Of a stretch of 64,000 nt of DNA, positions 27,441 to 40,192 are shown in pieces. Numbering within the stretch: the first letter of the stretch is position 1; the number at the start of each line of letters is the position of its first letter. The notes beneath the pieces are model-generated. The model was not told the DNA's origin and did no database searches. It saw only the letters and a list, made by a program, of their open reading frames with translations. The translations under genes were made by a program, and so were the position numbers. This DNA comes from Macrostomum lignano (Eukaryota): the NCBI GenBank assembly GCA_002269645.1, contig NIVC01002373.1, forward strand, positions 62,001 through 126,000. Direction: 5' to 3'.

Positions 27441-29031
27441 CTGTGTCAGACCGAGCGGGCACAGCACAGAATTAGTCAAGGAAGATTCTGAGCTGAGTGA
27501 CGCAGTTTTGATGCAGACGCAGGGGCTGTGGCACGGAAGTGGCGAGGCCAGGCTGTCCAGCTCAGCACAGACACTTTGGACATGCAGCGGCTGCCTTGTT
27601 TTGCACTTCGCACAGGAAAGGTGAAAATCGGGCCATACAGGCTTGCTTCTCTTCACTGAGGCCCTGAGCAGTTGTGAGGCCGGAGCCTCCCAGAGACCGG
27701 GGGGCTTGGCTTGACTTTCAGTTTCTCGGTTTCCAGCCGGCCTGAGTATCGAAATGAGCTATCGAGTTCTGCACCCCAGCCCAGCCGAGTCCCAGGCCTT
27801 TGTTTGCCGCGGCCGGATTGAATTTCACTGCTAAATATATTGGGGGGTTGAGGAGACCCCGGTGAGTTCAGCTCTTCACCCACCAGCGCGCCCTGCAGCT
27901 CAGGTGGCCTGTCTAATGCATGCATTATGCGGAGAAAGAGCGAGCAGTGCGCGGGCTCAGAGAACTGTATCGACAAGTCTTGAGCAAAGTAGAGAAATTT
28001 GGTTACTGCCAAGCACTAACAGCCTTGGGGCCGAATTCTCTGCTCTCTCTCCTGTCTGCTCACGAGCTCCAATGCAACTTCTGTTTCGTCTCTTAGGCTA
28101 CTTGGTTTGCTGTGTTTTCACTGGTTCGTTCTGGTCTCCTGAAATAGACGGCCCGTTCGAACTCTGCTCAACAGTTTGCCTTCGGTTGGAGATTCGTCTG
28201 CTGCCGGCTGCCTGTTGATGAGACTGAGTCATCCTTCTAACCCTCCTTGAGTGTTGCATTGTGGCAGATCAGGCTGTTTATTAGACTCCAAAACTCCGAA
28301 TTTCAGTTTAAAGGCGCTGTCCGGATTGATTACATAAATAAAATTCACGAGGAGCGGCACTGCATCTTGGAGACAAAACCTGCTGTTTGGAGTGCCCGCA
28401 GAGCATTTATGTTTATGCATTCCTTAGCACCATCCTTCCTGTCCAACCCTCATCGTATCAGCTTAGGCGTCTGCACCGCTTCAGCAGAACAGCACAAAGA
28501 AATTGACGCCAGCCAGTGAGCGTTAGTCCGACCTCACTCTCCAGGAGTCTCATGGACTTCAGTCAGTTATCGCAGCTATTCATCAGTTCATTTCACTGTA
28601 TCGCCCTTTGTTTATGCTGTGTGGATGCGTCCTGCCTTTCAGCCCACTTGCCGCGATTGGAACGGCAGTTTGGGCAAGGAATGGGCCAAGGGAGGCTTTC
28701 ACTGCTCCGGGCTTAGAGCTCTTCCTGCCGTTAGTGGGGGGGTGGGTGAGTCGCGCGTTGAGACAACTTCACACCCCATATGCAAGACTGCAGACCCTTT
28801 GGTCCAAACCCCCCCAAACTCGGCCTTTCCCCCGAGCCAATCAGCGCCCGCCGCACGCCAGACCCTCCCGGCTGAGCTCCCCAGTATTTTAATTCAATGA
28901 CAAACAAAGCAATAAAATCCGCTCGCGCACTTAAATCGCAGTCAAGAGACAGGCAAACAAGGCAGACTTTTCTGTGTATTTCTTAGCCTGCCCTGAAAGT
29001 TCCTCGCGTGTCTGCAGAAGTGGTCAGCGCG

Positions 29032-32000
29032 ATGTCGTCAGCACAGGAGCAAGAAGGCAGTAAACGGCGCTCACGACTCGACGAATTCCTCGCAAACAAC
29101 AGCGGCTTAGTGGCTTCCTCCCCGGCTGTCACCCACGTCCTGTGTTGCCCCGCCATGCCCTCTTGCTGCTTCATGAGCCTTCAAGAGTCCGAGCTGGTTG
29201 CCCATGTAGCCACTTGCGGTTGCGTGGGCCCCGTTGACAGCTGCAACGTCACAGTGTACAGCTGCAGTCGCTGCCACGGAGCCTCCACTCAGCTGGACCT
29301 CATGCGGCAGCACATGAACATCTACCATGGACTCAGCGGCCAGGAGGAGGTTGGTTTCTTTGCAGTGTTTTCCTTCAGGTTGTCTTTTAGGTGTTCAGGT
29401 CCTTCATTCAGGTGTCTTTTGGGTGTTCAGATCTTTCAGTGTGTCTTTTGAGTGTTCAGGTCTTTCAGTGTGTCTTTTGGGTGTTCAGATCCTTCAGTGT
29501 GTCTTTTGGGTGTTCAGGTCCTTCAGTGTGTCTTTTGGGTGTTCAGATCCTTCAGTGTGTCTTTTGGGTGTTCAGGTCCTTCAGTGTGTCTTTTGGGTGT
29601 TCAGGTCCCTCAGTGTGTCTTTTGTGTGTTCAGGTCCTTCAGTGTGTCTTTTGGGTGTTCAGGTCCCTCAGTGTGTCTTTTGGGTGTTCAGGTCCTTCAG
29701 TGTGTCTTTTGGGTGTTCAGATCTGTCAGTGTGTCTTTTGGGTGTTCAGGTCCTTCAGTGTGTCTTTTGGGTGTTCAGGTCCTTCAGTGTGTCTTTTAGG
29801 TGTTCAGGTCCTTCAGTGTGTCTTTTGGGTGTTCAGATCTTTCAGTGTGTCTTTTGGGTGTTCAGATCTTTCAGTGTGTCTTTTGGGTGTTCAGATCTTT
29901 CAGTGTGTCTTTTGGGTGTTCAGATCCTTCAGTGTGTCTTTTGGGTGTTCAGATCCTTCAGTGTGTCTTTTGGGTGTTCAGATCCTTCAGTGTGTCTTTT
30001 GGGTGTTCAGATCCTTCAGTGTGTCTTTTGGGTGTTCAGATCCTCCAGTGGGTGCCGTCGCTATCCCCTGATCCTCCAGTGGGTGCCGTCGCTATTCCCT
30101 GATCCTCCAGTGGGTGCTGTCGCTATCCCCTGATCCTCCAGTGGGTGCTTTCGCTATCCCCTGATCCTCCAGTGGGTGCTGTCGCTATCCCCTGATCCTC
30201 GAGTCTACTGTCGCAATCTAGAACCATCAATGCGGGCCACTCGCATCCCAGTGGGAAAAGGCGCGAAAATCTTGGATCATTTCAATCCTGTGGAGCAGTC
30301 AAACCAGGGGCTGAGTCTCACAAGCCGTGTGCACCTGGGTCTCCAAATTGTATCAAATTTCTCCCAAACTGCTCTGCTCGATTGCTGAACCAAAATATGC
30401 AACTCCCGCGACCACCCGCTGACTCGGGCTGGACTGGCTCGGCGGTCACAGGCTGTGCATTCTAACATCCCCTCTGATCACCTCTCAAGTTTTGGGAAGT
30501 CTCCACTTGCGCCCAGCTTTGTCGCTCATTTGAATTCTAATTTCGAATTGCGCAACATTTCAGATTGTTGGGCAAAATAAACCTCAATTCCTTCAAGTCA
30601 TTTTGCATTGCAAACACTGGTCAAATATATGGTTGGCACTGTGGGGAGCCTTTGCGGCAAAATGCTGCAGGCTAAGTGGTTGCGGTCAATGTTTGTTTAT
30701 ACAGCCCATGCTTGTTTTCAATAGAGACGGCTGCAAAAAAATCTGCAAGCCTCCCATACAGAATCCACAGCCTCCCATACAGAATCCACAACCTCCCATA
30801 CAGAATCCACAGCCTCCCATACAGAATCCACAACCTCCCATACAGAATCCACAGCCTCCCATATAGAATCCACAGCCTCCCATACAGAATCCACAGACTT
30901 CCCTGCAGAATCCTCAGCCTCCCATACAGAATCCACAGCCTCCCTACAGAATCCACAGCCTCCCCTGCAGAATCCACAGCCTCCCATATAGAATCCACAA
31001 CTTCCCCTGCAGAATCCACAGCCCGAATCCATCCGCAGGTCAGCTCCCAGTTGACGGCCTGTCAGCTCAGCTGTCGACCCGTTGATTTTGGCGGCCCGGC
31101 GCCCACCGGCTCAAGAAAGCGGAAAAGTCACGTGCCGGTGAGTCAGCAGGCAGGAGTTCTCAGACAACTCTTCTCAACCTGGCCTCAGCTAAGCCATACT
31201 CTACTCTCACTCATCTGAGCCACAATCTACTCTCACTCAGCTAATCTCAGTCAGCTGAGCCATGATCTACTCTCAATTAGCTGAGCCACAATCTACTCTA
31301 AAATAGCTGAGCCATAATCTACTCTCACTCAGCTGAGCCATGATCTACTCTCAACTACTCTCACTCAGCTGAGCCATGATCTACTCTCAGCTACTCTCAC
31401 TCAGCTGAGCCATACTCTACTCTGACTCAGCTGAGCCATGATCTACTCTCAGCTACTCTCACTCAGCTGAGCCATAATCTACTCTGACTCAGCTGAGCCA
31501 TGATCTACTCTCAACTACTCTCACTCAGCTGAGCCATGATCTACTCTGACTCAGCTGAGCCATGATCTACTCTCAACTACTCTCACTCAGCTGAGCCATG
31601 ATCTACTCTCAGCTACTCTCACTCAGCTGAGCCATAATCTACTCTGACTCAGCTGAGCCATGATCTACTCTCAACTACTCTCACTCAGCTGAGCCATAAT
31701 CTACTCTGACTCAGCTGAGCCATGATCTACTCTCAACTACTCTCACTCAGCTGAGCCATAATCTACTCTCACTCAGCTGAGCCATGATCTACTCTCAGCT
31801 ACTCTCACTCAGCTGAGCCATACTCTACTCTGACTCAGCTGAGCCATGATCTACTCTCAACTACTCTCACCCAGCTGAACCAAATCTCTCAATTCGCAGC
31901 CAAGTGCCGCAGCACTCCAGCAAGTTTATCTTACAGCTTGCGAAAGCTGGGCCTCCGCCTCATCTATCAAGCCTCAGCTGTGTGCAGCTCAGGCCGCCAA

Positions 32001-32307
32001 ATATCTGTGCGATCTGCGGTGCTGCTCGCATCTGCGCAAAGCCACCCCATGCAGGCCGAGTGAGGCCCCATCTGTGCATGAAATCTGCAGGCCTGCTTTC
32101 AGTCACGCACTGCTGCAGGGCTCAAGGCTGAACTTCGGTCTAAAACTTGTTCAGCTCTCGGTGTGCAACTCGCCCATATCTAAACTAAACTCTGCAGAGA
32201 ATTATGTGCTGCTTAGCCGGGGCCGTGGCTGTGTTTATACACTGATCTATAATCCATGCAGTTTCCGCTGGAGCCAGCAGCCATGCCTGCCTTCTCTGCT
32301 CTGCCCC

Positions 32308-32342
<35 letters not shown>

Positions 32343-35300
32343 CCTCAGCTCTCACCGATCACGCCATTCCAGATAGTTGCAACTTCGCTTGCTTCTGCAG
32401 GAACGGCTCTTGAGCTTGCACGGCTCTGCTTCAGCAATACTAGATATTTCTCTGGCGCAGTTTTGTGTCTTTTGATGTCAGATTTGTATCGTGCTTTCTT
32501 GTATATCTTGGGCGACTTTTCTCGGTGGACTGGCACAGTCGCGCATAGGACTGGCACAATCGCACATAGGACTGGCACAATCGCGCATAGAACTGGCACA
32601 AGCGCGCATAGGACTGGCACAAGCGCGCATAGGACTGGCACAAGCGCGCATAGGACTGGAACAAGCGCGCATAGGACTGGCACAATCGCGCATAGGACTG
32701 GCACAAGCGCGCATAGGACTGGCACAATCGCGCATAGGACTGGCACAAGCGCGCATAGGACTGGCACAAGCGCGCTTAGGACTGGCACAATCGCGCATAG
32801 GACTGGCACAAGCGCGCATATAACTGGCACTTTCATAGGACTGGCACAAGCGCGCTTAGGACTGGCACAATCGCGCATAGGACTGGCACAAGCGCGCATA
32901 TAACTGGCACTTTCATAGGACTGGCGTTCTCAATAATCGCTTAAATTCAATCAATCATAATAATGCACAGATTTCGGTTGCACAGGCATCGCACATACGA
33001 GTACCGGTATGTTCTGCAAAACAAGGCGTTGAACAAGGCGTTTTATCTGTAAAATGCGCGCTTGTACCTGTGCACACATCGATCTGCGCTAATGTCGCGC
33101 GCTTATTCGGCTAATTCTCACTCCATATTCCACGCTATGCCCCCTTCTCAGTGCTCTCATCTCTCAAGTCAAAATATTTCTCCTTCAATTCTTACCAGCC
33201 TGAGTCCTTGACAAGCGTAAGTTGAGCTGGACCCACTAACAGGTATTCAGCAGGCACTTGCACCGGGAGCAACCGGTAGCGGAAACCCCAGGCAGACACG
33301 GCATAAATCATGGCTCCGCTCTTAGAGACGCCTCAAAACTCACTGAGACCCAGCTTGCGGACAACGCTAACAGCCCCGGAATTTCCTCCATTTGAGCTCC
33401 CAGGGACGGCGCGGTCCTTCACCCGACACCGCACTGCAGTTTATAATAATAATATTTATGGATTACATGCAGCTTCTCACAAATCTTGCTGACCCTGGCA
33501 GCCTGCTGCCCCAGTTTGCCGACTGTGCAACTCGAGTAGAGACGGGGCCAGGCTAATTGAAATTTGAGACCACAGGCTCCCATTAGCTTTTCACTGAGGC
33601 CTGCTTTGACACTTGCTCCCCCTGCTGATTCACTGCTCTCTCTGTTTTGCCTCGGTGCTCACTGGCGCTTCCTGTTGTTCATTCAACAAGACTTATTCTA
33701 CTCTAACTACTTCGATTCTCCATGCAAATAGCAATATGCGAATAACTTTGAAAATTCTTCCAAATCCTGCAGGAGCGAATCCGGTCACCAGCCTCTGCTG
33801 CCAGCGAGAAAATTTCGAAGCTTTTGGACTCGTCGGCTGCAAAGGTAAGTTCTGAAATGCACCGGCTTTGTGCAAGCTGAGCAGCTCTTGGCCTCCTGGG
33901 CGCCTCATCTCACTTAGCAAGCTGTTCACCAGTTCCCAAGTTCTGAAGGAACACATGGAGCTGGCGGACACCGCCCTGGGCATCTTATCTTATTAAGGAA
34001 AGTATTCACCAGCTGCCCTGTTCCTTCAGGCCCGCCAGCTCTCCTTTTCCTTCAGGCCCGCCAGCTGCCCTGTTCCTTCAGGCCCGCCAGCTGCCCTGTT
34101 CCTTCAGGCCCGCCATGCAGCTGCCCTGTTCCTTCAGGCCCGCCAGCTGCCCTGTTCCTTCAGGCCCGCCAGCTGCCCTGTTCCTTCAGGCCCGCCATGC
34201 AGCTGCCCTGTTCCTTCAGGCCCGCCAGCTGCCCTGTTCCTTCAGGCCCTCCAGTTCTCCCGTTCCTTCAGGCCCGCCAGCTGCCCTGTTCCTTCAGGCC
34301 CTCCAGTTCTCCCGTTCCTTCAGGCCCGCCAGCTGCCCTGTTCCTTCAGGCCCTCCAGTTCTCCCGTTCCTTCAGGCCCGCCAGCTGCCCTGTTCCTTCA
34401 GGCCCTCCAGTTCTCCCGTTCCTTCAGGCCCGCCAGCTCTCCCGTTGCTCGCCAGTTCTCCCGTTTCTTCAGGCCCGCCAGCTCTCCTTTTCCTTCAGGC
34501 CCGCCAGCTGCCCTGTTCCTTCAGGCCCGCCAGCTGCCCTGTTCCTTCAGGCCCTCCAGTTCTCCCGTTCCTTCAGGCCCGCCAGCTCTCCGTTGCTCGC
34601 CAGTTCTCCCGTTCCTTCAGGCCCGCCAGCTGCCCTGTTCCTTCAGGCCCGCCATGCAGCTGCCCTGTTCCTTCAGGCCCGCCAGCTGCCCTGTTCCTTC
34701 AGGCTCGCCTGCTATCCTGTTCCTTCAGGCTCGCCAGCTGCCCTGTTCCTTCAGGCTCGCCAGCTGCCCTGTTCTTTCAGGCCCTCCAGTTCTCCCGTTC
34801 CTTCAGGCCCTCCAATTCTCCTGTTCCTTCAGGCCCTCCAGTTCTCCCGTTCCTTCAGGCCCGCCAGCTCTCCTGTTCCTTCAGGCTCGCCAGCTCTCCT
34901 GTTCCTTCAGGCTCGCCAGCTGCCCTGTTCCTTCAGGCCCTCCAGTTCTCCCGTTCCTTCAGGCCCTCCAATTCTCCTGTTCCTTCAGGCCCTCCAGTTC
35001 TCCCGTTCCTTCAGGCCCTCCAGTTCTCCCGTTCCTTCAGGCCCGCCAATTCTCCCGTTCCTCCAGGCCCGCCAGCTCTCCCGTTCCTCCAGGCCCGCCA
35101 GCTCTCTCGCCCAAACAGCGCACGCCCCAGCGCCTCAGCCATTCAGCTCTTGACCATCGCCCAATTTCGACTCTCCAGCCCGGCGCCAGGCCCTGCATCC
35201 CGCCAGCCGTCTCGCCTGCCTCAGCCTCCGACATTCTGGATCTCCGCCTGAAGCCGCCAGCCGACGCCGCTGATGCCGAGGACGCGTTGCTGTCGCAACC

Positions 35301-36511
35301 CCAGCAGCTTTATCCGCAGAGCAGCGCCGATTGCAGCATCCCGCCAGCCTCGTCATCGACCAACTCGCCATCGTCGGCTTCCTCCAAGTCAGCCTGCGGC
35401 ATCCTGGATCTCAGCCTGAAGCGGCTGGCAGATGCGGCGTCGCCGATGTCCCAGAAGCCGCAGCAGCAGCAGCAGGCCAGGCACCCAAAGCAGCAGCAGC
35501 AGAAGACGATCGCGAAGCCACAGAGGCAGAATTTCACAGACGTGCAGAACAGCCAGCTGCAGGGCTGGTTCTCCGAGCACCGGCAGAAGCCGTACCCCAG
35601 CACCGCGGACACGCACCGGCTGGCCGAGCTCACCGGCCTGAGCTACCCGCAGGTGAAGAAGTGGTTCGCCAACAGGCGCATGCGGACAAAAACTCCCTGC
35701 GAGCTGCTGCCCGGAGATGCGCAGTGCGGGGTGAGTCTGGCTGGCTGAACCAGCTGTTACTGAGCTTGCCAACCTTCAAGCTTGAATCCCCGTGCTTTGT
35801 GTAAAATACCTTCAGATAAATCTCCCGATTATACCTGACAGTCCCCATAGTTGTCTCCCTGGCTTGTATGCAGAAATTCCCACCGCAAATCCCGGGTTTT
35901 TATACTGTATTACAATCCCCACTGAAAATCCGTGTTTTATACCAGAATCCTTGGTTTTTATATCAGAATACCACAGGTGAATCCCTGTGTTTTATATCAG
36001 AATCCCACAGGTGAATCCCTGTGTTTTATATCAGAACCCCACAGGTGAATCCTTGAGTTTTATATCAGAACCCCACAGGTGAATCCCTGAGTTTTATATC
36101 AGAATCTCACAGGCGAATCCCTGTGTTTTATATCAGAACCCCACAGGTGAATCCCTGTGTTTTATATCAGAATCCCACAGGTGAATCCCTGTGTTTTATA
36201 TCAGAATCCCACAGGTGAATCCCTGTGTTTTATATCAGAATCCCACAGGTGAATCCCTGTGTTTTATATCAGAATCCCACAGATTAATCCCTGTGTTTTA
36301 TATCAGAATCCCACAGGTAAATCCCTGTGTTTTATATCAGAATCCCACAGGTAAATCCCTGGATTATAGAATGCAACAGAAATAGTAAACGGTGCTCACC
36401 CACCGAATCCCAAACCCACAGGAAATCCGCAGCAGCGGTCTGTCATCCGGCAAGGCCTCCCCTAGCAACTGGTCGCTGGCGGAATTCCGCTCAGAGAACT
36501 CGCCAGCCTAA
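29032..36511 (+). CDS. Zinc finger (C2HC-like + C2H2) and TALE-class homeodomain transcription factor; exons 29032-29349, 31039-31137, 33773-33844, 35119-35730, 36422-36511 (extra exons possible)
   Basis: YSCSRCHGASTQLDLMRQHMNIYH = C-x2-C-x12-H-x4-H. WFSEHRQKPYPSTADTHRLAELTGLSYPQVKKWFANRRMR has TALE spacing. All four proposed introns are GT-AG phase 0 and keep the frame (>=396 aa). Exon connectivity is inferred. Confidence 0.72.
29360..30200. repeat. 29-bp minisatellite (gtgttcaggtccttcagtgtgtcttttgg) changing to a related 31-bp unit at ~30040
   Basis: Direct periodicity; starts about 10 nt after the donor at 29350. Confidence 0.95.
30745..31020. repeat. 21-bp minisatellite (cagaatccacagcctcccata) abutting the acceptor at 31038
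   Basis: Direct periodicity. Confidence 0.93.
31190..31880. repeat. Composite ~26/39-bp minisatellite containing the palindrome ctcagctgag
   Basis: Direct periodicity with an internal ctactctca sub-duplication. Confidence 0.92.
32530..32925. repeat. 21-bp minisatellite (aggactggcacaagcgcgcat)
   Basis: Direct periodicity. Confidence 0.95.
34010..35105. repeat. 26-bp minisatellite (ccagctgccctgttccttcaggcccg) directly upstream of the homeobox exon
   Basis: Direct periodicity, about 40 copies. Confidence 0.95.
35940..36362. repeat. 34-bp minisatellite (tgttttatatcagaatcccacaggtgaatccctg)
   Basis: Direct periodicity, about 12 copies. Confidence 0.95.
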
Positions 36512-37029
36512 GCGTCAGTAGTTTGGTCAGTAGTATGCTGCGCTCGCGCCTTCCAAGAACATGTGGTGCTCTAAAAATCGGAGTTTATTTGCGAGCTACT
36601 CGTAGAAAAAACTCAAAAAACCTTTGACTCCTCACAGCTCGACTCAAATCCGAGCTTAAGCGGTGCTTTTTGTGTCATTTTTGAAGCCATCAGTTGATTT
36701 TTGCGCGCGACTTCAAACAGATTTCCTTGGTGTGCAATTTTTAAACAATATTTTAATATTTTAGTATTTAGCCAAGCATGCGCTACGCATAAGAATTCTC
36801 CTGCAATAATTCATGTTTTATCATTTTGTTTTCTCTTCGTCTTCTTGAAGTGCGTCGTAGTATAGTAGCTTTCAGCTGATGAGCTCGTTGCTTAAGTCCC
36901 ACTCTTAATTCTTTTCAACCAACAGTGCACATCAATACACATCGGAGAAGTCAAACTCAGCTTTTGCGAGCCATGAATTTGTTAGAACTCTTCATTCTTA
37001 TGCGTTTCTTTTTTGCTGAAAGTCGCTAT

Positions 37030-39850
37030 GGTCGCTCATCCATCCACAGCTGTAAATCATCCATCCACAGCTGTAAATCATCCATCCACAGCTGTAAATC
37101 CTCCATCCACAGCTGTAAATCATCCATCCACAGTTGTAAATCCTCCATCCACAGCTGTAAATCATCCATCCACAGCTGTAAATCATCCATCCACAGCTGT
37201 AAATCATCCATCCACAGCTGTAAATCCTCCATCCACAGCTGTAAATCATCCATCCACAGCTGTAAATCATCCATCCACAGCTGTAAATCATCCATCCACA
37301 GTTGTAAATCCTCCATCCACAGCTGTAAATCATCCATCCACAGCTGTAAATCATCCATCCACAGCTGTAAATCATCCATCCACAGCTGTAAATCATCCAT
37401 CCACAGCTGTAAATCCTCCATCCACAGCTGTAAATCATCCATCCACAGCTGTAAATCATCCATCCACAGCTGTAAATCATCCATCCACAGTTGTAAATCC
37501 TCCATCCACAGCTGTAAATGATGTATCCACAGCTGTAAATCATCCATCCACAGCTGTAAATCATCCATCCACAGCTGTAAATCATCCATCCACAGCTGTA
37601 AATCCTCCATCCACAGCTGTAAATCATCCATCCACAGTTGTAAATCCTCCATCCACAGCTGTAAATCATCCATCCACAGCTGTAAATCATCCATCCACAG
37701 CTGTAAATCATCCATCCACAGCTGTAAATCCTCCATCCACAGCTGTAAATCATCCATCCACAGCTGTAAATCATCCATCCACAGCTGTAAATCATCCATC
37801 CACAGTTGTAAATCCTCCATCCACAGCTGTAAATCATCCATCCACAGCTGTAAATCATCCATCCACAGCTGTAAATCATCCATCCACAGCTGTAAATCAT
37901 CCATCCACAGCTGTAAATCATCCATCCACAGCTGTAAATCCTCCATCCACAGCTGTAAATCATCCATCCACAGCTGTAAATCATCCATCCACAGCTGTAA
38001 ATCATCCATCCACAGTTGTAAATCCTCCATCCACAGCTGTAAATCATCCATCCACAGCTGTAAATCATCCATCTACAGCTGTAAATCATCCATCCACAGC
38101 TGTAAATCATCCATCCACAGCTGTAAATCATCCATCCACAGCTGTAAATCCTCCATCCACAGCTGTAAATCATCCATCCACAGCTGTAAATCATCCATCC
38201 ACAGTTGTAAATCCTCCATCCACAGCTGTAAATCATCCATCCACAGCTGTAAATCATCCATCCACAGCTGTAAATCATCCATCCACAGCTGTAAATCATC
38301 CATCCACAGCTGTAAATCATCCATCCACAGTTGTAAATCCTCCATCCACAGCTGTAAATCATCCATCCACAGCTGTAAATCATCCATCCACAGCTGTAAA
38401 TCATCCATCCACAGCTGTAAATCCTCCATCCACAGCTGTAAATCATCCATCCACAGCTGTAAATCCTCCATCCACAGCTGTAAATCCTCCATCCACAGCT
38501 GTAAATCATCCATCCACAGCTGTAAATCATCCATCCACAGCTGTAAATCATCCATCCACAGCTGTAAATCCTCCATCCACAGCTGTAAATCCTCCATCCA
38601 CAGCTGTAAATCATCCATCCACAGCTGTAAATCATCCATCCACAGCTGTAAATCATCCATCCACAGCTGTAAATCATCCATCCACAGCTGTAAATCCTCC
38701 ATCCACAGCTGTAAATCATCCATCCACAGCTGTAAATCATCCATCCACAGCTGTAAATCATCCATCCACAGTTGTAAATCCTCCATCCACAGCTGTAAAT
38801 CATCCATCCACAGCTGTAAATCATCCATCCACAGCTGTAAATCATCCATCCACAGCTGTAAATCATCCATCCACAGCTGTAAATCATCCATCCACAGCTG
38901 TAAATCCTCCATCCACAGCTGTAAATCATTCATCCACAGCTGTAAATCATGTATCCACAGCTGTAAATCATTCATCCACAGCTGTAAATCATGTATCCAC
39001 AGCTGTAAATCATCCATCCACAGCTGTAAATCATCCATCCACAGCTGTAAATCATCCATCCACAGCTGTAAATCATCCATCCACAGTTGTAAATCCTCCA
39101 TCCACAGCTGTAAATCATCCATCCACAGCTGTAAATCCTCCATCCACAGCTGTAAATCATCCATCCACAGTTGTAAATCCTCCATCCACAGCTGTAAATC
39201 ATCCATCCACAGCTGTAAATCATCCATCCACAGTTGTAAATCCTCCATCCACAGCTGTAAATCATCCATCCACAGCTGTAAATCATCCATCCACAGTTGT
39301 AAATCCTCCATCCACAGCTGTAAATCATCCATCCACAGCTGTAAATCATCCATCCACAGCTGTAAATCATCCATCCACAGCTGTAAATCATCCATCCACA
39401 GCTGTAAATCATCCATCCACAGTTGTAAATCCTCCATCCACAGCTGTAAATCATCCATCCACAGCTGTAAATCATCCATCCACAGCTGTAAATCATCCAT
39501 CCACAGCTGTAAATCATTCATCCACAGCTGTAAATCATTCATCCACAGCTGTAAATCATGTATCCACAGCTGTAAATCATTCATCCACAGCTGTAAATCA
39601 TGTATCCACAGCTGTAAATCATTCATCCACAGCTGTAAATGATGTATCCACAGCTGTAAATCATTCATCCACAGCTGTAAATCATCCATACACAGCTGTA
39701 AATCATCCATCCACAGCTGTAAATCATCCATCCACAGCTGTAAATCATCCATACACAGCTGTAAATCATCCATCCACAGCTGTAAATCATTCATCCGCAG
39801 CAGTACATTATGTATCCGCAGCAGTACATTATGTATCCACAGCAGTACAT
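37030..39850. repeat. 21-bp minisatellite (catccatccacagctgtaaat), about 133 copies
   Basis: Direct periodicity; source of the 987, 643 and 573 aa ORF artefacts. Confidence 0.98.
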
Positions 39851-40192
39851 TATGTATCCACAGTTGTATTTCACTTATTCACACCTGTAAATATAAATCT
39901 ATTTATAGCTGAAAATAGTTTATCCACAGCTATAAATCATCTATATCTATCCGCATCTGTACAACAAACAGAATAATTATCGATCAGCTCCAATTTGAAA
40001 AGCTTTGAGTCACAATACTTCAGTTTTCTGCAGTGGTTTCCAGCTGCAAGCTTTTTCTTCACCAACAACGAAGGCACATCGAATACATTGGATACTGAGG
40101 CTCATCAAGCTAGCAAGCAAGTCATCGGCATAGAACAAATAATCAGTGGTTAATGGTTGGCCAGATTCGGTAACTCATATTTCTCAGGTGAC

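Noticed and set aside
20585-27656. Cys/His/Pro-rich repeat proteins (CTAHCVLH, PHCHSLP, HPSISP)
   Set aside because: Several frames and both strands are open and unit lengths are often not multiples of 3, so these are repeat artefacts.
36925-39976. 987, 643, 573 and 348 aa ORFs (PSTAVNH, MIYSCGW, MDDLQLW heptads)
   Set aside because: Open on both strands only because the 21-bp unit lacks stops in those frames. The minus-strand heptad frame has stops in the decayed flank, and no unique domain is attached.
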